64,000 nt of DNA from Camelus ferus (lineage: Eukaryota), in the NCBI RefSeq assembly GCF_009834535.1, contig NC_045697.1:14820001-14884000 (forward strand), read 5' to 3'. The notes beneath the pieces were generated by a model. That model searched no databases. It was not told the origin of the DNA and was given only the letters and a program-made list of their open reading frames with translations. Made by a program: the position numbers and the translations under genes. This document shows, piece after piece, positions 36,320 to 49,350 of this stretch (its first letter is position 1; the number at the start of each line of letters is the position of its first letter).

Positions 36320-37222
36320 CTTTTTTGTAACAGTTTTATAATATAAGAGATAAAATTTAAATACCATAAAATTCACTCTTTGAATGGTATTAAGTGAGTA
36401 TCAGCAGTGCTTAGTATAGTCACAGTTGTACCACAATCACCAGAATCAATTTTAGAACATCTTCTTTGCCCCAACCTAAAACCCCCTGTACCCCTTAGCA
36501 GTCACCCTCCATCTTCCCCCAACACCACAGCCTTAGGCGGGCACTTTATAGAATTGCCTATCCTAGAAACCACATATGAACTTCATATAAATAAAATCAT
36601 AAAGTCCTTTTGGAATCATACAATCATACTGTCTTTTGTGAGTGGCTTCATTCACTTGGCAAAATGTTTTCCAGGTGTAGCCTTGTTGTACCATCTATCA
36701 CTGATTCATTCCTTTTTTAATTGCTGAACCATATTTCATCATGTACTGCATTTACTTGATCTGTCCATCACGTAATGGCATCTGGGTTGTCTCCACTTCT
36801 TAGCTATTATGAATAATGCTTCTATGAAAGTTCTAGTGCAACTTTTGTATGGACTTAAATTCTCATTTTTCTCAGGAATATTCCTAGGGATAAAATGGCT
36901 GGGTCCTATGGTAATTCTACGTTTAACCTTTTGAGGAATTGCCAGAATTTTTTTCCCAAAGTGAATGTACCATTTTATATTCTTGTAGCAGTTCATGAGG
37001 GCTCTAATTTCTCCACTTCCTTGACAACATTTATTTTTATGTGTTTTTTATTATAACCATCTTTACAGGTTTAAAGTGGTTATCTCAATGTGGTTTTGAT
37101 TTTCATTTTCCTGATGGCTAGTGATGTTGAGCATCTTTTCATGTGCATATTGGCCATTTTTATAACTTCTTTGGAGAAATGTCTATTCATTCAGATCCTT
37201 TGCCCTTTTTAATTGGATTATT
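36320..37222 (-). mobile_element. Old L1 (L1MB-like) 3' end, antisense
   Basis: ACCATAAAATTCAC, CTATTATGAATAATGCT, TTTGAGGAATTGCCAG, GATGTTGAGCATCTTTTCATGTG, TTGGAGAAATGTCTATTC. Confidence 0.85.
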
Positions 37223-40200
37223 TCTGTAAATATTAACATGAATTCATTTCTATAACCTCTCAGTACTTAAAGAGCACTTACTTTGTTTCAAGTACTTTAT
37301 ACTTACAATCTCTAATATTTAAAAAACTAATCCTAATTAGTATTATAATCCTAATTATAGATTAGGGCTCTGAAGACCAGAGAACGGAGTAATCTATCTA
37401 GCTAAAATGGAGCAGATTCAGATGTAGCTAGCATGCTAAGATTTAGCCTGCATGCTGATTTTTCTGATGCTAGGTGGCCACATGAGCATATTGGAGTACA
37501 TTAGCTCATCCTCTCTTCTGCTACCTTCTCTGATCCTTCAATTTCTATCAGGAATGTGTACTGAATGCACATCTTTGACGGCTTCTTCAACACAGTGAAT
37601 AATATTCAAATTCCTCAGCATGCCACTCAAAGCCTTCCCACTCTTAGCACACCCCATCATCCCAGCTTCATGCTATTCCACCACCTAACCTTGCACATCA
37701 TACGTCTGGAAAACCACAAGTATTCCCAGTTTCCTAAAGGAAATCTGCACTTCCTTCTCCTGGAAAAATTCTATTCCCTGGGCATCTGCTCAAAATTTGT
37801 CATTCACTTTGACCCCTACAGTCACATTCTTTCCCTCTGTGTATATACCTCTTCTTAATCCAACTACACTGTGTAACTAGTTTGTCACTGATGCATGCAA
37901 GGCAGTGGGGACATAAAAGTAGACATGGTCCGGTCCCTGACCCTAGGAAGCTTGAAGTCTAGTCCGTGTCTGTTTTCACCACTATCCTGTAAATGATCTG
38001 AGCCCAGGGATTGTATCATTAATCTCACCCCCAAGCACAGTCCTTGGAAAAATCTGGACTTTAAGGAGAGCAATTCTGATATTTTACTAGAACTACGGAT
38101 CCTCATACACAGGAAGACAGACCACCAATAACAATAAAAGGGGAGAGAACCCAGCAATATACTGATGAGAGTTGCACATCAGCACTTCCAAGCTATCTGC
38201 CACATGAGTTTTGGAACAAAACAATGTAACCCAAATGTGAAGGTGTGAGTGCACAATGAATATGCAAAGCTGTAAACTAAGTGATAATTTTTGTCTTGAT
38301 TGTGTGAGCTAACTATTAAGAAGATTATAATTAAGGGTGCATTTCTCATAGTACCAACAAGCATTTTAATCAACCTCTAAAGCATTAACTCCAATTACCA
38401 TTAGTAAACTATGAGGGTTCTGTTTTAAACTGCAGTGAGTCAATAAATTCAAGATGGCGTTTTGGGAGTAAATGTTAACAAAGCCTTATCATTTTCCTGA
38501 GCAGTCACTGAAGACATGGATGGGGGCTGCACTGAGGCAGAAGAAATAATGGGATATTGAAGAGCTATTGGATTTCACAAGTGGTATTTGTACTCTGATG
38601 TGAAACACACAATTATCCTTAAGAATTTTTAATAATTATTTGATTGATGAATTCTAGCTTTATAGCTTTAAAAAATGACATTTTATTGAGCTGAACAAAC
38701 TAATTGACTAATAAACTCAAGATAAAGGCTGATAAACAGGGTCCTTTCAAACTCTCATTATTAACTTATAATATTTGCATAAGTCTGAACAAAGATGGAT
38801 GGCTTTAAATGACTGTCACTAATTAAGAGACTGAAACAAACAAAAGACTAATAAAACATTATATACAAAGACAGGCACATTAGCATATTCTATCCCATAT
38901 CTCCGATGAAATGACATGAAGACAAATATTCCCGATTACACCTGAAGCAGTAATGTAACTAAGGCAATAAATCATTTAAAGAATCCTAAGGGGGTTTCTT
39001 TTTAAACACATTGATTTAGGTATTAGGCCTGCCATTGAAATATAAACGTAAAGGAGAATCAAATTTGTTGTGATGATCTATTGTTCAAAGATTTATCTCT
39101 TTCCTGGAAAAATTTAATCAGTAGGTGGACATGTGACTGTACCTGAGATGTGTTTGTTAAAGAAGATTGTGAGATAATTATTAGAAAACTTCTTTCAAAT
39201 GTCCATCAGAATAGATACTTACCATTAGCAGGGCACATAACACAATCAAAAGTCAAGTAAATAGTAGTTTAATGCTTGGGTGTTGCATTTTTAATTTCTT
39301 CTTTCCCCTTAATAGAAGATTCAGAAGATATTTTTATAATTAATTCAACTCTGAAGCCTTATCTTCAAGATGTATAACAATGTTCACATTATGGAAGAAA
39401 ATCTGAGTTTAGAGAGGCAAAGGCAGGAAGGGCCACCAATGGGCAGAGTCACGCTGTAACAATACAGAGGGGCTCTACTTGTTTTTAAAATGTCCATCAC
39501 AAAGAGTAAGGAAGAAGTCCCTTTATCCAATGAGCCCCTGAATTCTATGCTGCAAGGTGTCCTGTATTCCTGACCTGATATTCATTTGTTCATTGGTGCA
39601 CAAAAGAAAGCTGTCCTATAGACCAATGGTAACTATTGATTTCAACCCCAAGAAGTTCAAGTTATTAAGCACTGATATTTTCATCAAAATATTGTCTTCA
39701 CTTTTCTAACTATTTGAATTATTCTTTGATGTTATCTTGAGAATATTTCATGATTTTTTTCTCTAGTTGTGATTATCATGTCCCCTACTATCATAATTGA
39801 ATTTTTCCACTGAAGTAATGCATAAGCCATTTTATAGTTAGGTGCATAATTTTAAAGACACCTTAGCAAAGTGTTGATTGACAGTCCAATAATGAGTCAT
39901 GCAGATATACAGAATCTACAGAATCTATAAGAAGACTTATGATCCCAAATCCACTGATCAAAATGCCTGGATAATCCATTTATTTACCAAGTGATAACTG
40001 AATTCTTATGTGCCTACTGTGTGAAGTATTATTAATTTCTCTTTAAACAAATTTCACTCTTTGTTTATCTACTGAGCAGCCTTTGGAGGAATAATTATGA
40101 ACTTACAGAAAGTCTCAGATTCTTTGAACACATTTAGGAAAAACAAAATAAAAATTCATGGCTCCATGATGATAATGGCTTCTTACAGTATTACCACCAT

Positions 40201-40299
40201 TTTTATAAAAGCAATGTCTCTTTTACTATATCAAAAGGAAAAATATATTTAAAATTTAAAAATCTGCTACTCCCCAGCTCTTATGGGAGACCATAATAC

Positions 40300-40810
40300 C
40301 TAGTGTACTGACAATCTTTTCAATTTCCCCCTTCCTTCTGGGGACAGTTCCACCTCTGCTTCTTTAATTTCCCCCTACCCTAATACACACAACCACAGAA
40401 GAAGGCACATAACCCAGAACTGACCAGCGGACTCCATTTTTCTGGTATCAGTGACTAATAAAAAAAAAAGTGCTATTTAAAAATCATGTTCCATCAGTGG
40501 GATTACCCATAAGGACCCTGGGGTAAGTATGTTTTCTTATACTACAAGGTTGCTAACCTGGGAGTATGAGACTCTTATGTTCCATACCACTTAAGAAGGC
40601 TCATTACAGTGGGCTAGCATGACAACAGCATATAATGGAAAGCAGAAAAAACAAAAGATAAGTGAAGGAAAGAGCCTTACTATCTCTGAGTTTCAATTCT
40701 AATGTCCAGATTCCTGGTCTCTGCAAGTCATCCTTGGACTTGAACTAGCCACAGTGTGCTTCCTGGTAATATATGCCAAAAAATATCCTTTCTGATTCAG
40801 TGACTTTTCC
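40300..40810 (+). mobile_element. Old MaLR LTR (MLT1K/L-like), highly diverged
   Basis: CCCCCTTCCTTCTGG near the 5' end; AACCCAGAACTGACCA; a degenerate MLT1 3' portion. Confidence 0.45.
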
Positions 40811-41634
40811 CCTATAACTGAAAAAAAAAAAAAAAGTCTTGGCTTACACTTCTCCTTCAATGTTACTGAATAAGTTGGTTTGTATACTTTGACACTCATT
40901 AAAATGACACTTACTGAACATCTACTAAAAGCCAAGCACTAGCCTCACAAAAACCAAGCCACAATCCTTATATTTAAGGAAGCTCTCACTCTATGGGAAA
41001 CTTATACAAAAACTATTAACTATAATAAAAACCTGTATGTTCTATTAAAATGTGTACAGTATGCTCTGTGAACATGGAGAATTTTTTATATTTTTAATCT
41101 GTGAATATTAGAAACTGCATGGAGAGAAAAATGACTATAGAGACAGTCATATACACATATGTTGTCACCAGCCATTGTCATCATCAAAGCATTCCATTGT
41201 AAATGATGCGGGGAAAAGTAATCTTCAAAGAATCTTAATTTGACATCTCAAGTCATTTCAAAGTTCTAAACTACGTATTTGGTCTAAACGAAATTTATTT
41301 GCCACAACTTTCCCTTTGGTTCCATCTCATCCAAGAACTTCTCAAAATGGAAACATGCTTTTACATTTTGATTTTCTCCTTTACATTGATGACTGATGTA
41401 TATATTCCACATTCCCTTTGTGGAAAGGACTTGTGCTAAAGACCATACATATGTGATCTAATTTAATTCTTTCTCAAACCGTATGAAGTAGGCATTCTTA
41501 TTAGCCTCATCTCAAAAATGATTCCGACACAAAGTTGATTTGGCAAACCATCAGATGTTACACTGATAATGAAGTGCAGAGCCAAGTCTTGTCAAAGTCA
41601 CCAAAGACCTTGTACGTATTATCTGAGTGGGCTC

Positions 41635-41953
41635 AAGGTAATCACAGTGATTCTTACAGGAGCGAGGCAGGTGGGTTAGGGTCAGAGAAGGAGCTAGTAT
41701 GGCGGAAGCAGGGTTTGGAGTAATGAGGAGTGTGAGCTAAGGGATACGGGATGTCATGAGAAGCTGAAAAAAGGCAAGGTAACAGATCCTTCCCTGAAGA
41801 TTTCAGAAGGAACCTACCCCTGCTGACAATTTGATTTTAGCTCAGTGAAACAAATTTGAAATTCTGATGTGCAGAACTATAAAGAGTAAATTTGCGTTGT
41901 TTTAAGCCACTCAGTTTGTGGTAATTTATTACCATAACAATAGGTAACTAATA
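41635..41953 (+). mobile_element. MaLR LTR 3' portion, MLT1D-like
   Basis: AGAAGCTGAAAAAAGGCAAGG; CCCTGCTGACAATTTGATTTTAGCTCAGTGA; TGTTTTAAGCCACTCAGTTTGTGGTAATTT...AACTAATA. Confidence 0.8.
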
Positions 41954-41999
41954 AAGCTTTACGAGTTTCCCAGTGATGGAAATAAAATGCAACAGTTAC

Positions 42000-42045
42000 A
42001 TGGCGTCTGCCTCGGCCTCTGAGGGCGTTCCTTCCGAACCTGCAC
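42000..42045 (-). other. Candidate 46-nt (or terminal) exon of an unidentified minus-strand gene
   Basis: Long T-tract acceptor (T)17GCCTCAG|G; GC/CpG-rich 46-nt island in AT-rich DNA; no stop in any frame; possible donor CAT|GTAACT. Confidence 0.4.
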
Positions 42046-43884
42046 CTGAGGCAAAAAAAAAAAAAAAAAGAAAAAATATACATATATATGTATATGTTAT
42101 ATATGTATACAAAAGAAATTGAGAAGACAAGGCCACATATTCAGATCTCATTAAAAATTAAATCTGAAACAAAAAATTTTAGACTTGATGCTCTAAATTA
42201 TTAAATCATATACGAATAGCTCGGGGACAACTTCTGGAAAATATCAACCTATCTGGCTCTGTAGTACCTATGCAAACTCTCCCTTGGCATTTCAGTTATT
42301 ACAAAGGATCTTGGGAATACCTGGAATGAGAGAAACACTGAGATTTCTATTTCTATCCATGAAATTATATCATCACATTTATCAATAACATCCTAAATCA
42401 CTGATTTTATTTCTCCAAATAAGATATTTAAAATATTTAATAATCAGTGTTAATAAATATTTTAAAAATACACCATTGCCTCTGCCTTACTCAATGATGT
42501 AGAATTACTTTAACGAATTTGATGATCTTGTTAGGAAGCTAAAGATGGCAGCAGATCAAAGTTCACTTTAGTTCTTAAAGGATGGAGGCTGTCAGTCAAA
42601 CTGGAGGCAGGAGCTCCTGTTATCCATGGCTCTCTGCTCTTGGGCATGTCATTCTCTCCTAAAGGGGGCTCTGCTTTGCACCTGTAAACTGAAGCGGGGT
42701 GATGGACTACCTAATTTAAAATCATAAAAATAACATGTTATTCCAGGATGGCTGGGTACAGAAAGCCCAAGTGGGCTCTTATTTAAGCCATTTTCCAAAA
42801 ACTGAAAGCAAACACAACCACACACACCATGGGGTCACTCCCCACAGGGATGATTTGGGGAGTTGGCGGAAGGAGGCTGAAAAAACAGATCTCACAAGTT
42901 TATTATGGACAGCTGCAATTTTAACCGGGGCCTGGGCCTGTTGGACTCGATTTTTTTATCAAGGTTAAGTCTGGCCAAATCTATTCAGGTCTGTTTTCCC
43001 AGAGTTTAAAAGAAAATGATGAAAACTGCCTTTGAACCTAAAGGCTCTGTGGTAAGAGAACAAATTAAAAGACATCTGAAGACAGGAAGAAGGGAAACTG
43101 ACTTTCTTCTTCATTTGACTGTTCAGAAAAACCAGTAATTAGATTTGTTATTTTAAAATGTAACTTAATTCTTTTAATCTGAACATTTCAAAGGGGTTTC
43201 AAAAGCTCACAAATTACTATTAATCCCATGGCACAAAGATGATCTATGTCATTTTAATGGCATGCTATGTTGAAATAAAATCATAAGAGTTTGATCATTC
43301 CTCTGAGATTTCAGTTTCTTTTTCCTCTCTAATAAATTAATTTGGAGAGAAAAACCAACTTGGTGTTAGTGACTGAGCAGTAATTTTAATGCATACGCAT
43401 CACATACGCAAATCTGCACAGAGTTAAATTAATTTTTTTAAAATAGCCACAAAGAACCTATAAGAAGCAGAGAACAAACTAACCTGAGTAAGTAGTTAGT
43501 AAAAATAAAACTCATAACCTATTTACACGAAGACTATCTTCTAGCACCAGCATTTTGATCCAGAACACATAAAATGCACTGGAATTCCTCTCTATACGTA
43601 TCTTTCTCTCATAATCCTCCTCTTGCTCCAATCGTGGTACTGGGAAAATGTTAGACTAGAAAGGACTTCAGAAATCACCTATTACCCAGTTCCTCCTTTT
43701 ACACGTGTGGAAATTAAAGTTAAAGCAACTTGAACAGGTTAGTTCAAGTTAACCAGAATTAATGCTCAGAGTTTCTGCTGCTTTCTCTTCTTTCAAAATG
43801 TCTTTTAAAAGAAACTTTAGGAATCTATAACAAGTGTGGTGAGTGGGTTTGTGGGTTTTCTTTTTCTTTTTGTTTTTTTCCCTT

Positions 43885-44405
43885 TTGCTTCTGCTACCCA
43901 GCATCCATTTTCCACCTGAAAAAACTTAGGCACTGCAGTTTAGTTTAAGGAACTACTCCTCTTCCACCATCAGCCCAGGTACCTCCAGTAGGACTTAAAC
44001 ATGGAGCACATGGCCCAGTTCTGAGCAGTCAGAGTATGGTGTTGCCCTCGCCAGAGTGTGGACTCAGAACAGGGCATGTGGCCCAGAGACGGCCGTGGGG
44101 CAGGAGGAATCTTCTTCTGGGCCTGCCCAGCGGGCAGGAAGCAGCTGCTCCTACCACTTAGATTGACCCTAGCAGGATGTGAGGCAGGCATTGTTTGCAA
44201 TCACCTAGCACCACGGGAAGCCAAAAATAAAGCCATTAGGGTGGAAGCCAAAGCTAAGAGATTAAGTGAATTTCTAATGACATATTAAATTAAGTGCCAC
44301 CTGAAGCCCAGAATTACCACCTGGGCCTTTTAGTTATGTGGACCAATACACTGTTGTCATTATTGTTGCTGAAGCCATTTTGAGCTAGGTTTCAAGCCAC
44401 TTGAG
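43885..44405 (+). mobile_element. Old MaLR LTR (MLT1J/K-like)
   Basis: CTGCTACCCAGCATCCATTTTCC; GGAGCACATGGCCCAG; GGGCATGTGGCCCAG; CTTTTAGTTATGTGGACCAATA. Confidence 0.6.
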
Positions 44406-44411
44406 TCTTAT

Positions 44412-44503
44412 CTAAGGTCGCTAGATAAAATACAGGATGTCTCACTAAGTGTTAAGTTTCAGAAAACGGCAAATAACTTTTCAGTGTAAGTATGTCCCAT
44501 GCA
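44412..44503. mobile_element. MER53-like hAT element fragment
   Basis: GCTAGATAAAATACAGGA...TTTCAGA...AGTGTAAGTATGTCCCATGCAA. Confidence 0.65.
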
Positions 44504-46009
44504 AAATGTAGGAAATTGGGCAATTTTAATCCTACCTCCTACAGCAAACTATTTCCAGATGTAGAGCAAGGCCAGGGGAGAAAGAAAAGACACCTGTGAC
44601 CATAGCATAGAGACAAATAATACCACAGCATGAAGTGCACACTTCTCTTTAGAGGAATATGAACTAGTTATTATAAAAACAGAGAACAGAAAAGACAAGG
44701 CTTTTATCAAGCTGATGTTCCAAATCCCTTCTTCCTTTTCCATCTCATTTCTACATTGGTTTCAACCGCAAGGTCCTGGAATTCACCCACTAAGGAAGGA
44801 GGCAGTAACAGCCACTATGCTTCTGGGAGTTCAGCCTAACTCTCTTTGTTTCGCCAGGCACTCACAGAGGACTGCCTGTGCCTCAGATATGCAGGGCACT
44901 GCAGGGGAGCATGGGTAAGGAGGGCTCAATTCCTCCACTTCAATGGCCCTAATCTGTCCAGAGAAACAAATACAGGTGGAAACAAGACCTGTAATGCCTG
45001 TTGCATTGGTACAGGGAGAGACAAGAAGGTCAATCTTGGAGGAGATGGCATTTGAGCTGGACCTTGGTGGAGAGACTTGGTGTGTGTGGGCCAGACTGCT
45101 CATCTCAATAAGAACAAATGGTCTCCAACCAATTCCTATTTTCTTCCTGTTCCTTCTCTTCTCTTTCCCCACTTGCCCCTCCTTTCTTCTCTCTTCCTCT
45201 TTCCTTACTAATAATAATCATATTATTTAACAAGCTAGCATTGTCAAGGGCAAAGCAAATGGTAGGGCGGAGCCTTGGGGGCTAAAGTGATGCCATGAAT
45301 TAGGCTTGGCTAAGGCTCACGAATTTAGAATTCAAAAACTATTAGACCTGCATTCCTCAAATGTGTAGAATTTTAGAGCTGGAAAAGGCTTTTACCAAAC
45401 TCTAATTTTATCAGTGAGAGAACAAAAGGGATATCAGATAATTGATGATCTGGGACTAGAACTCAGTGAGACTGACTCTAAAATTCAGGCTTGTTCTGCC
45501 TTACTCAGGGGCTTTTAACTAGCAGGCTTTTTATGCCCTAATACTATTCCCTCTTAAAGATTACCTGGTGAAAATAAACAGCTGAGTTTTACTTTCATTT
45601 CACTCTCCATCAGCCTAGAGTGATCTCATTTAGATGTGTCTTTCTCAATTAAGGAAAAGCATGGACTTTCTCTTTAAGGAATGAAGATGTGTGAGGACTG
45701 TCCCATTTTACAAATCTCCTATGCCTCTGCTCAAAGGGAAACCCAAGGGGCTCCCCAAACACTTCCATTTCTCTTTTTCTGGGGCAGACCTATTAAGGTG
45801 TCACTGTTCAAAAAACCCAGCAGCAAGTGAACTTGCTTGTGTTGGATGTGGGTCTGCTGAACTTGAGACAAATCATTTTCCTGTTTCAGATGTGAATGTA
45901 GCAAGAAAAGGAATCACTTTGAGTTTCTTAAAAAAAACTTGGACTAATGCACTTAAGAAAGGGGCAACAGAGAATTACAGAGCACAGGATCCTGCCTGCG
46001 TTTACTTAC

Positions 46010-46025
46010 GGCAATGAGATGTATC
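46010..46025 (-). other. Candidate 16-nt microexon (GATACATCTCATTGCC)
   Basis: Minus strand reads CCTGATTTTACAG|GATACATCTCATTGCC|GTAAGTA. Confidence 0.3.
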
Positions 46026-46953
46026 CTGTAAAATCAGGTTACCGGTGAAAATGAGTCTGATGTGCTAATTCATAGCTCATTCTCTATACTTATGTCATGG
46101 GCTCATTATATAAGTTAGCAAGATTCTGGGACCTTTCCCAAGGGAGGGCAAGTTCTAGAAAACAGAGGTACTAGACAAGCATTAGGGTAGTCCTTTGATG
46201 AAGGGACATTTCAGGGCTCTGATTTTCAGAAGCCCATCTTATTTATACCTCCAGCCTCTGGTATCTTAATAATGAAAGAATGGTGCAGAGTTTTACTTGC
46301 CCCAAAGTATACATTTCTACATGCATGGAAAGGGTCCTTTAGCATGTTATGGATGAAAAAGAAAGTAATTTAAAATGAGGCTTTAAAAGGTGTTTGATGT
46401 AATTCATCTTTTAAAAGCATACTCTTTATCCTCCAGGTTACTTGCAGTGGATATATTCTTAACTGCTTTGGAATACTGAGTGAGAAAAAAAATGTCTTCT
46501 TCATATTCACTGGCTAGATGGATTCTCTGAATTTACTTCAATTTCCCCAAAACTGAAGCTTACATGTTTTTAAGAAACTGGAGTTATTCAAAAAAGATAG
46601 CTTTCTCATGGTTGAAAATTCGTATTTCTTCAATGGAAGCATACATGGCTAAAGAGTAAATGAATCACAGCAAATTCCCATCTACTACTCTGTCTCTTCA
46701 TATTATCATCATCATGGATGTGGTGCGGTCACACCACATAAGCATATCTCATCACGGAATTCTGTTCATAGAGAAAGACAAAGCGTTGAATGGCTAATAG
46801 GCCTCGTCAATCCCCCAATGCCTCCTTGTAGGTGTGGGTAACTCCATTATTATGCTGCTTTCCTAACAAAACTCATTTCAGGCAGAGACAAAACTCTTTC
46901 CTTTGCTGCTGTTTCTAGAAGTCTTCAGCCTTACAATGAAAACTTCAGAATGG

Positions 46954-46955
46954 TT

Positions 46956-47005
<50 letters not shown>

Positions 47006-47080
47006 TTTCTTCCTTTCTTCCTTTCTTCCTTTCTTCCTTTCTTCCTTTCTTCCTTTCTTTCTTTTTTCCTTTCCTTTTTC
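46954..47080 (-). repeat. (TTTC)n/(TTCCTTTC)n microsatellite derived from the SINE A-rich tail
   Basis: Pure pyrimidine tract abutting the 3' end of the minus-strand SINE. Confidence 0.9.
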
Positions 47081-47160
47081 AAATGGAGGTACTGGGAATC
47101 AAACCAAGTACCTCATGCATGCTCAGCATGCGCTCTACCAACTGAGCTATACCCCCACCC
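47081..47160 (-). mobile_element. tRNA-derived SINE, camelid Vic-1-like
   Basis: Minus strand reads GGGTGGGGGTATAGCTCAGTTGGTAGAGCGCATGCTGAGCATGCATGAGGTACTTGGTTTGATTCCCAGTACCTCCATTT, with A box TAGCTCAGTTGG and B box GGTTTGATTCC. Degenerate 15-bp TSD at 46939-46953 / 47162-47176. Confidence 0.85.
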
Positions 47161-47359
47161 AAAAATGTCAGAACGGGATGTCCACACATTGTCACCTGCC
47201 AATCTCTCACCTGCACGTCCTTGTGCAGTCTTCTCTTTCTAGTTATAGATGCACACAGCCAGGCTGGGATCTTAGAGCTACTCCTCGGCTCATTCTGTGG
47301 GTCCCATGGTCCCTCCAGGATGGACATGTCTTACATCAGCATTTTCCCTCTTCACTGGG

Positions 47360-48570
47360 ATTATTATTGTACAAGCACACTGTGACAAATCCTGCTGTTA
47401 GTAAAGCCTTCTTGGGCCCCTCGTCCCTCTTGGAGATCTCCTGTACCCCTCTGAAATTAAATCCCTCTGCTTCGATATCCCCTCTTACTCATTCATGAAC
47501 CCATAAACCCACTCCAGTCAGAATTGAGGCCATACCTCTCCATTGCTGTGGTCACGCATGACACCTCTTTGTCGAATCCAGTGGTCTTGTCTAGTTCTCA
47601 TCTTATTGGACTGATTGACAGCATTTGACACACTTGATAACTTTCTTCTCCTTGAAACATTTTCCTCACTTGGCTTCAGTAAGATGCTCTTGACTCTCTA
47701 CCTCCAGGCTGCTCTTTCTCAGTCTCCATTTTTTATTAACAGTTTATCGATCTTTATACACTAGAAGGCCCCAGGGTTCTGTTCTCCAAGCTCTGTTAGT
47801 TACTGTCTACCTACACTCAACTGGAATTATATTGGCTCTGAATTTAAAATATATCCAGGAGCTGACTATGACTCAAGATTTCCACTGCTATCACTTTGGT
47901 CCATATCATCTTCTCACCTCCGTACAATTGAAATGTCCTACCATTGAAGTCACGGAGCTGCCACTTTCAACACCTACAGTTCGTTTTCTCCTCAGGGACC
48001 CCAGCAACCAGTGTCATCCTTTTAAAATGTAAGTCAGATCATGTCACTCTTCTGCTCAAAACCCACTGTAAACTCATTCCTCCAACTTTCCCTTTAGAAT
48101 AAAATTTAAAACTTCAACAAGATCTACTCTCCTTTATGCCTCTGCCCTGATAGAATGATTCCCCTGTCTTTCACTTACTCCCCAACAGCCAAACAATGTG
48201 TTTGATTTCTTACTCTTCCTCAAATATGCCAAGGACAGTCCCATCTGCGGGCCTTATTCTCACATGTTCCTCTGTCTGGAGAGCTCTCCCAGCAGATATC
48301 TGAGCACCTTGCTCCTCCAAATAACTCAGATCTCACCCAATGAATATATACCTCCCATCCCCATCACTCTCCATCCCCTCAACCTGCTTTATTTTTTAAA
48401 GTACTTACTACAACAAAAATAATTATTTGTTTGTTATTGCTTCCTGCCTCCATTAGATTAGAAGCTCCATGATAGCAGGGATCTGTTTTATTCTCTTGTG
48501 TTCCCCCAGAGTCTAAAACAGTGCTAGTCACTTAGCAGCTATTTAGTAAATATCTGTGGTTGAATGAATT
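47360..48570 (+). mobile_element. L2 LINE, ~1.2 kb 3' region
   Basis: CAGCATTTGACACA...CTCCTTGAAACATTTTCCTCACTTGGCTTC; TTTAAAATGTAAGTCAGATCATGTCACTCTTCTGCTCAAAAC; GTTGAATGAAT tail. Confidence 0.85.
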
Positions 48571-49139
48571 TCTATCTCTGCTATAAAAACATCATCTGTA
48601 TCTATCTTACTTACTGACCCAAGATACCTCGGAATCTCATTCAGATTTTGAGTAATTTTTCTGTTTCCAAGTATCCTAATTTTATGCACAATTGTGCACA
48701 TTAAATATTAATTTACAAACATACACATGTGACACAAGCACACACATACACAAAACATGAAGAATTTTCAAATGATCTAGCCAACATTTAATATGAAAAG
48801 GTGTTACAGACATATTCTGAAAATCTTAGACCAATTTCTAGCTACTGTGTATGAACCAAACAATAAGTGAATTATATACACTGTTCAAATGAGAAAAAAA
48901 AATTAGATTTAGTGGAAAACATTAGCTTGGGGCATATGGTAGTTGCAGTTGATTTGTTATGCATCAGAAATCAATGGACTAAACTATGACATGGCTTTAA
49001 GATATCTAAATTTCTGTAATAATTTCATAAATAAAAATAGAAACTGCTAATATTATATTCTCTAAACTAGAACCTTTCAATGAAACACCCCAGCAGATAT
49101 TTCTTTTCTACTATTGGAGTCCAGTGTATTAGGCAAGGA

Positions 49140-49350
49140 AGTATAAGGGTCATAGGGTAAAGGAATCAGTCTTTGAAGCTGCACAGATGTGAACTGAAAC
49201 CTTTACTCTGCCACCTACCAGCTCAGCAACTTGCTTATCTTCTCTATACTTCAAAAGAATTAGTGGGATAATGTCTGTAAAGCACCAAACATCGTGTGTA
49301 GTAGTACATGGAAGTACCCAGAAAATGTCAGTCACTATCACTGTTATTGC
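49140..49350 (+). mobile_element. MIR SINE
   Basis: CTCTGCCACCTACCAGCT; GATAATGTCTGTAAAGCAC. Confidence 0.55.

Noticed and set aside
39215..39223. ATACTTACC resembling the U1 snRNA 5' end
   Set aside because: Similarity ends after 9 nt; it is simply the complement of a consensus donor.
47081..47160. Possible functional tRNA gene
   Set aside because: It has a SINE-type G-rich 5' end, a decayed B box, an A-rich tail and a TSD, so it is a SINE.
46903..47498. 182-aa and 80-aa F/L/S-rich ORFs
   Set aside because: They are translations of the (TTTC)n microsatellite and the antisense SINE.
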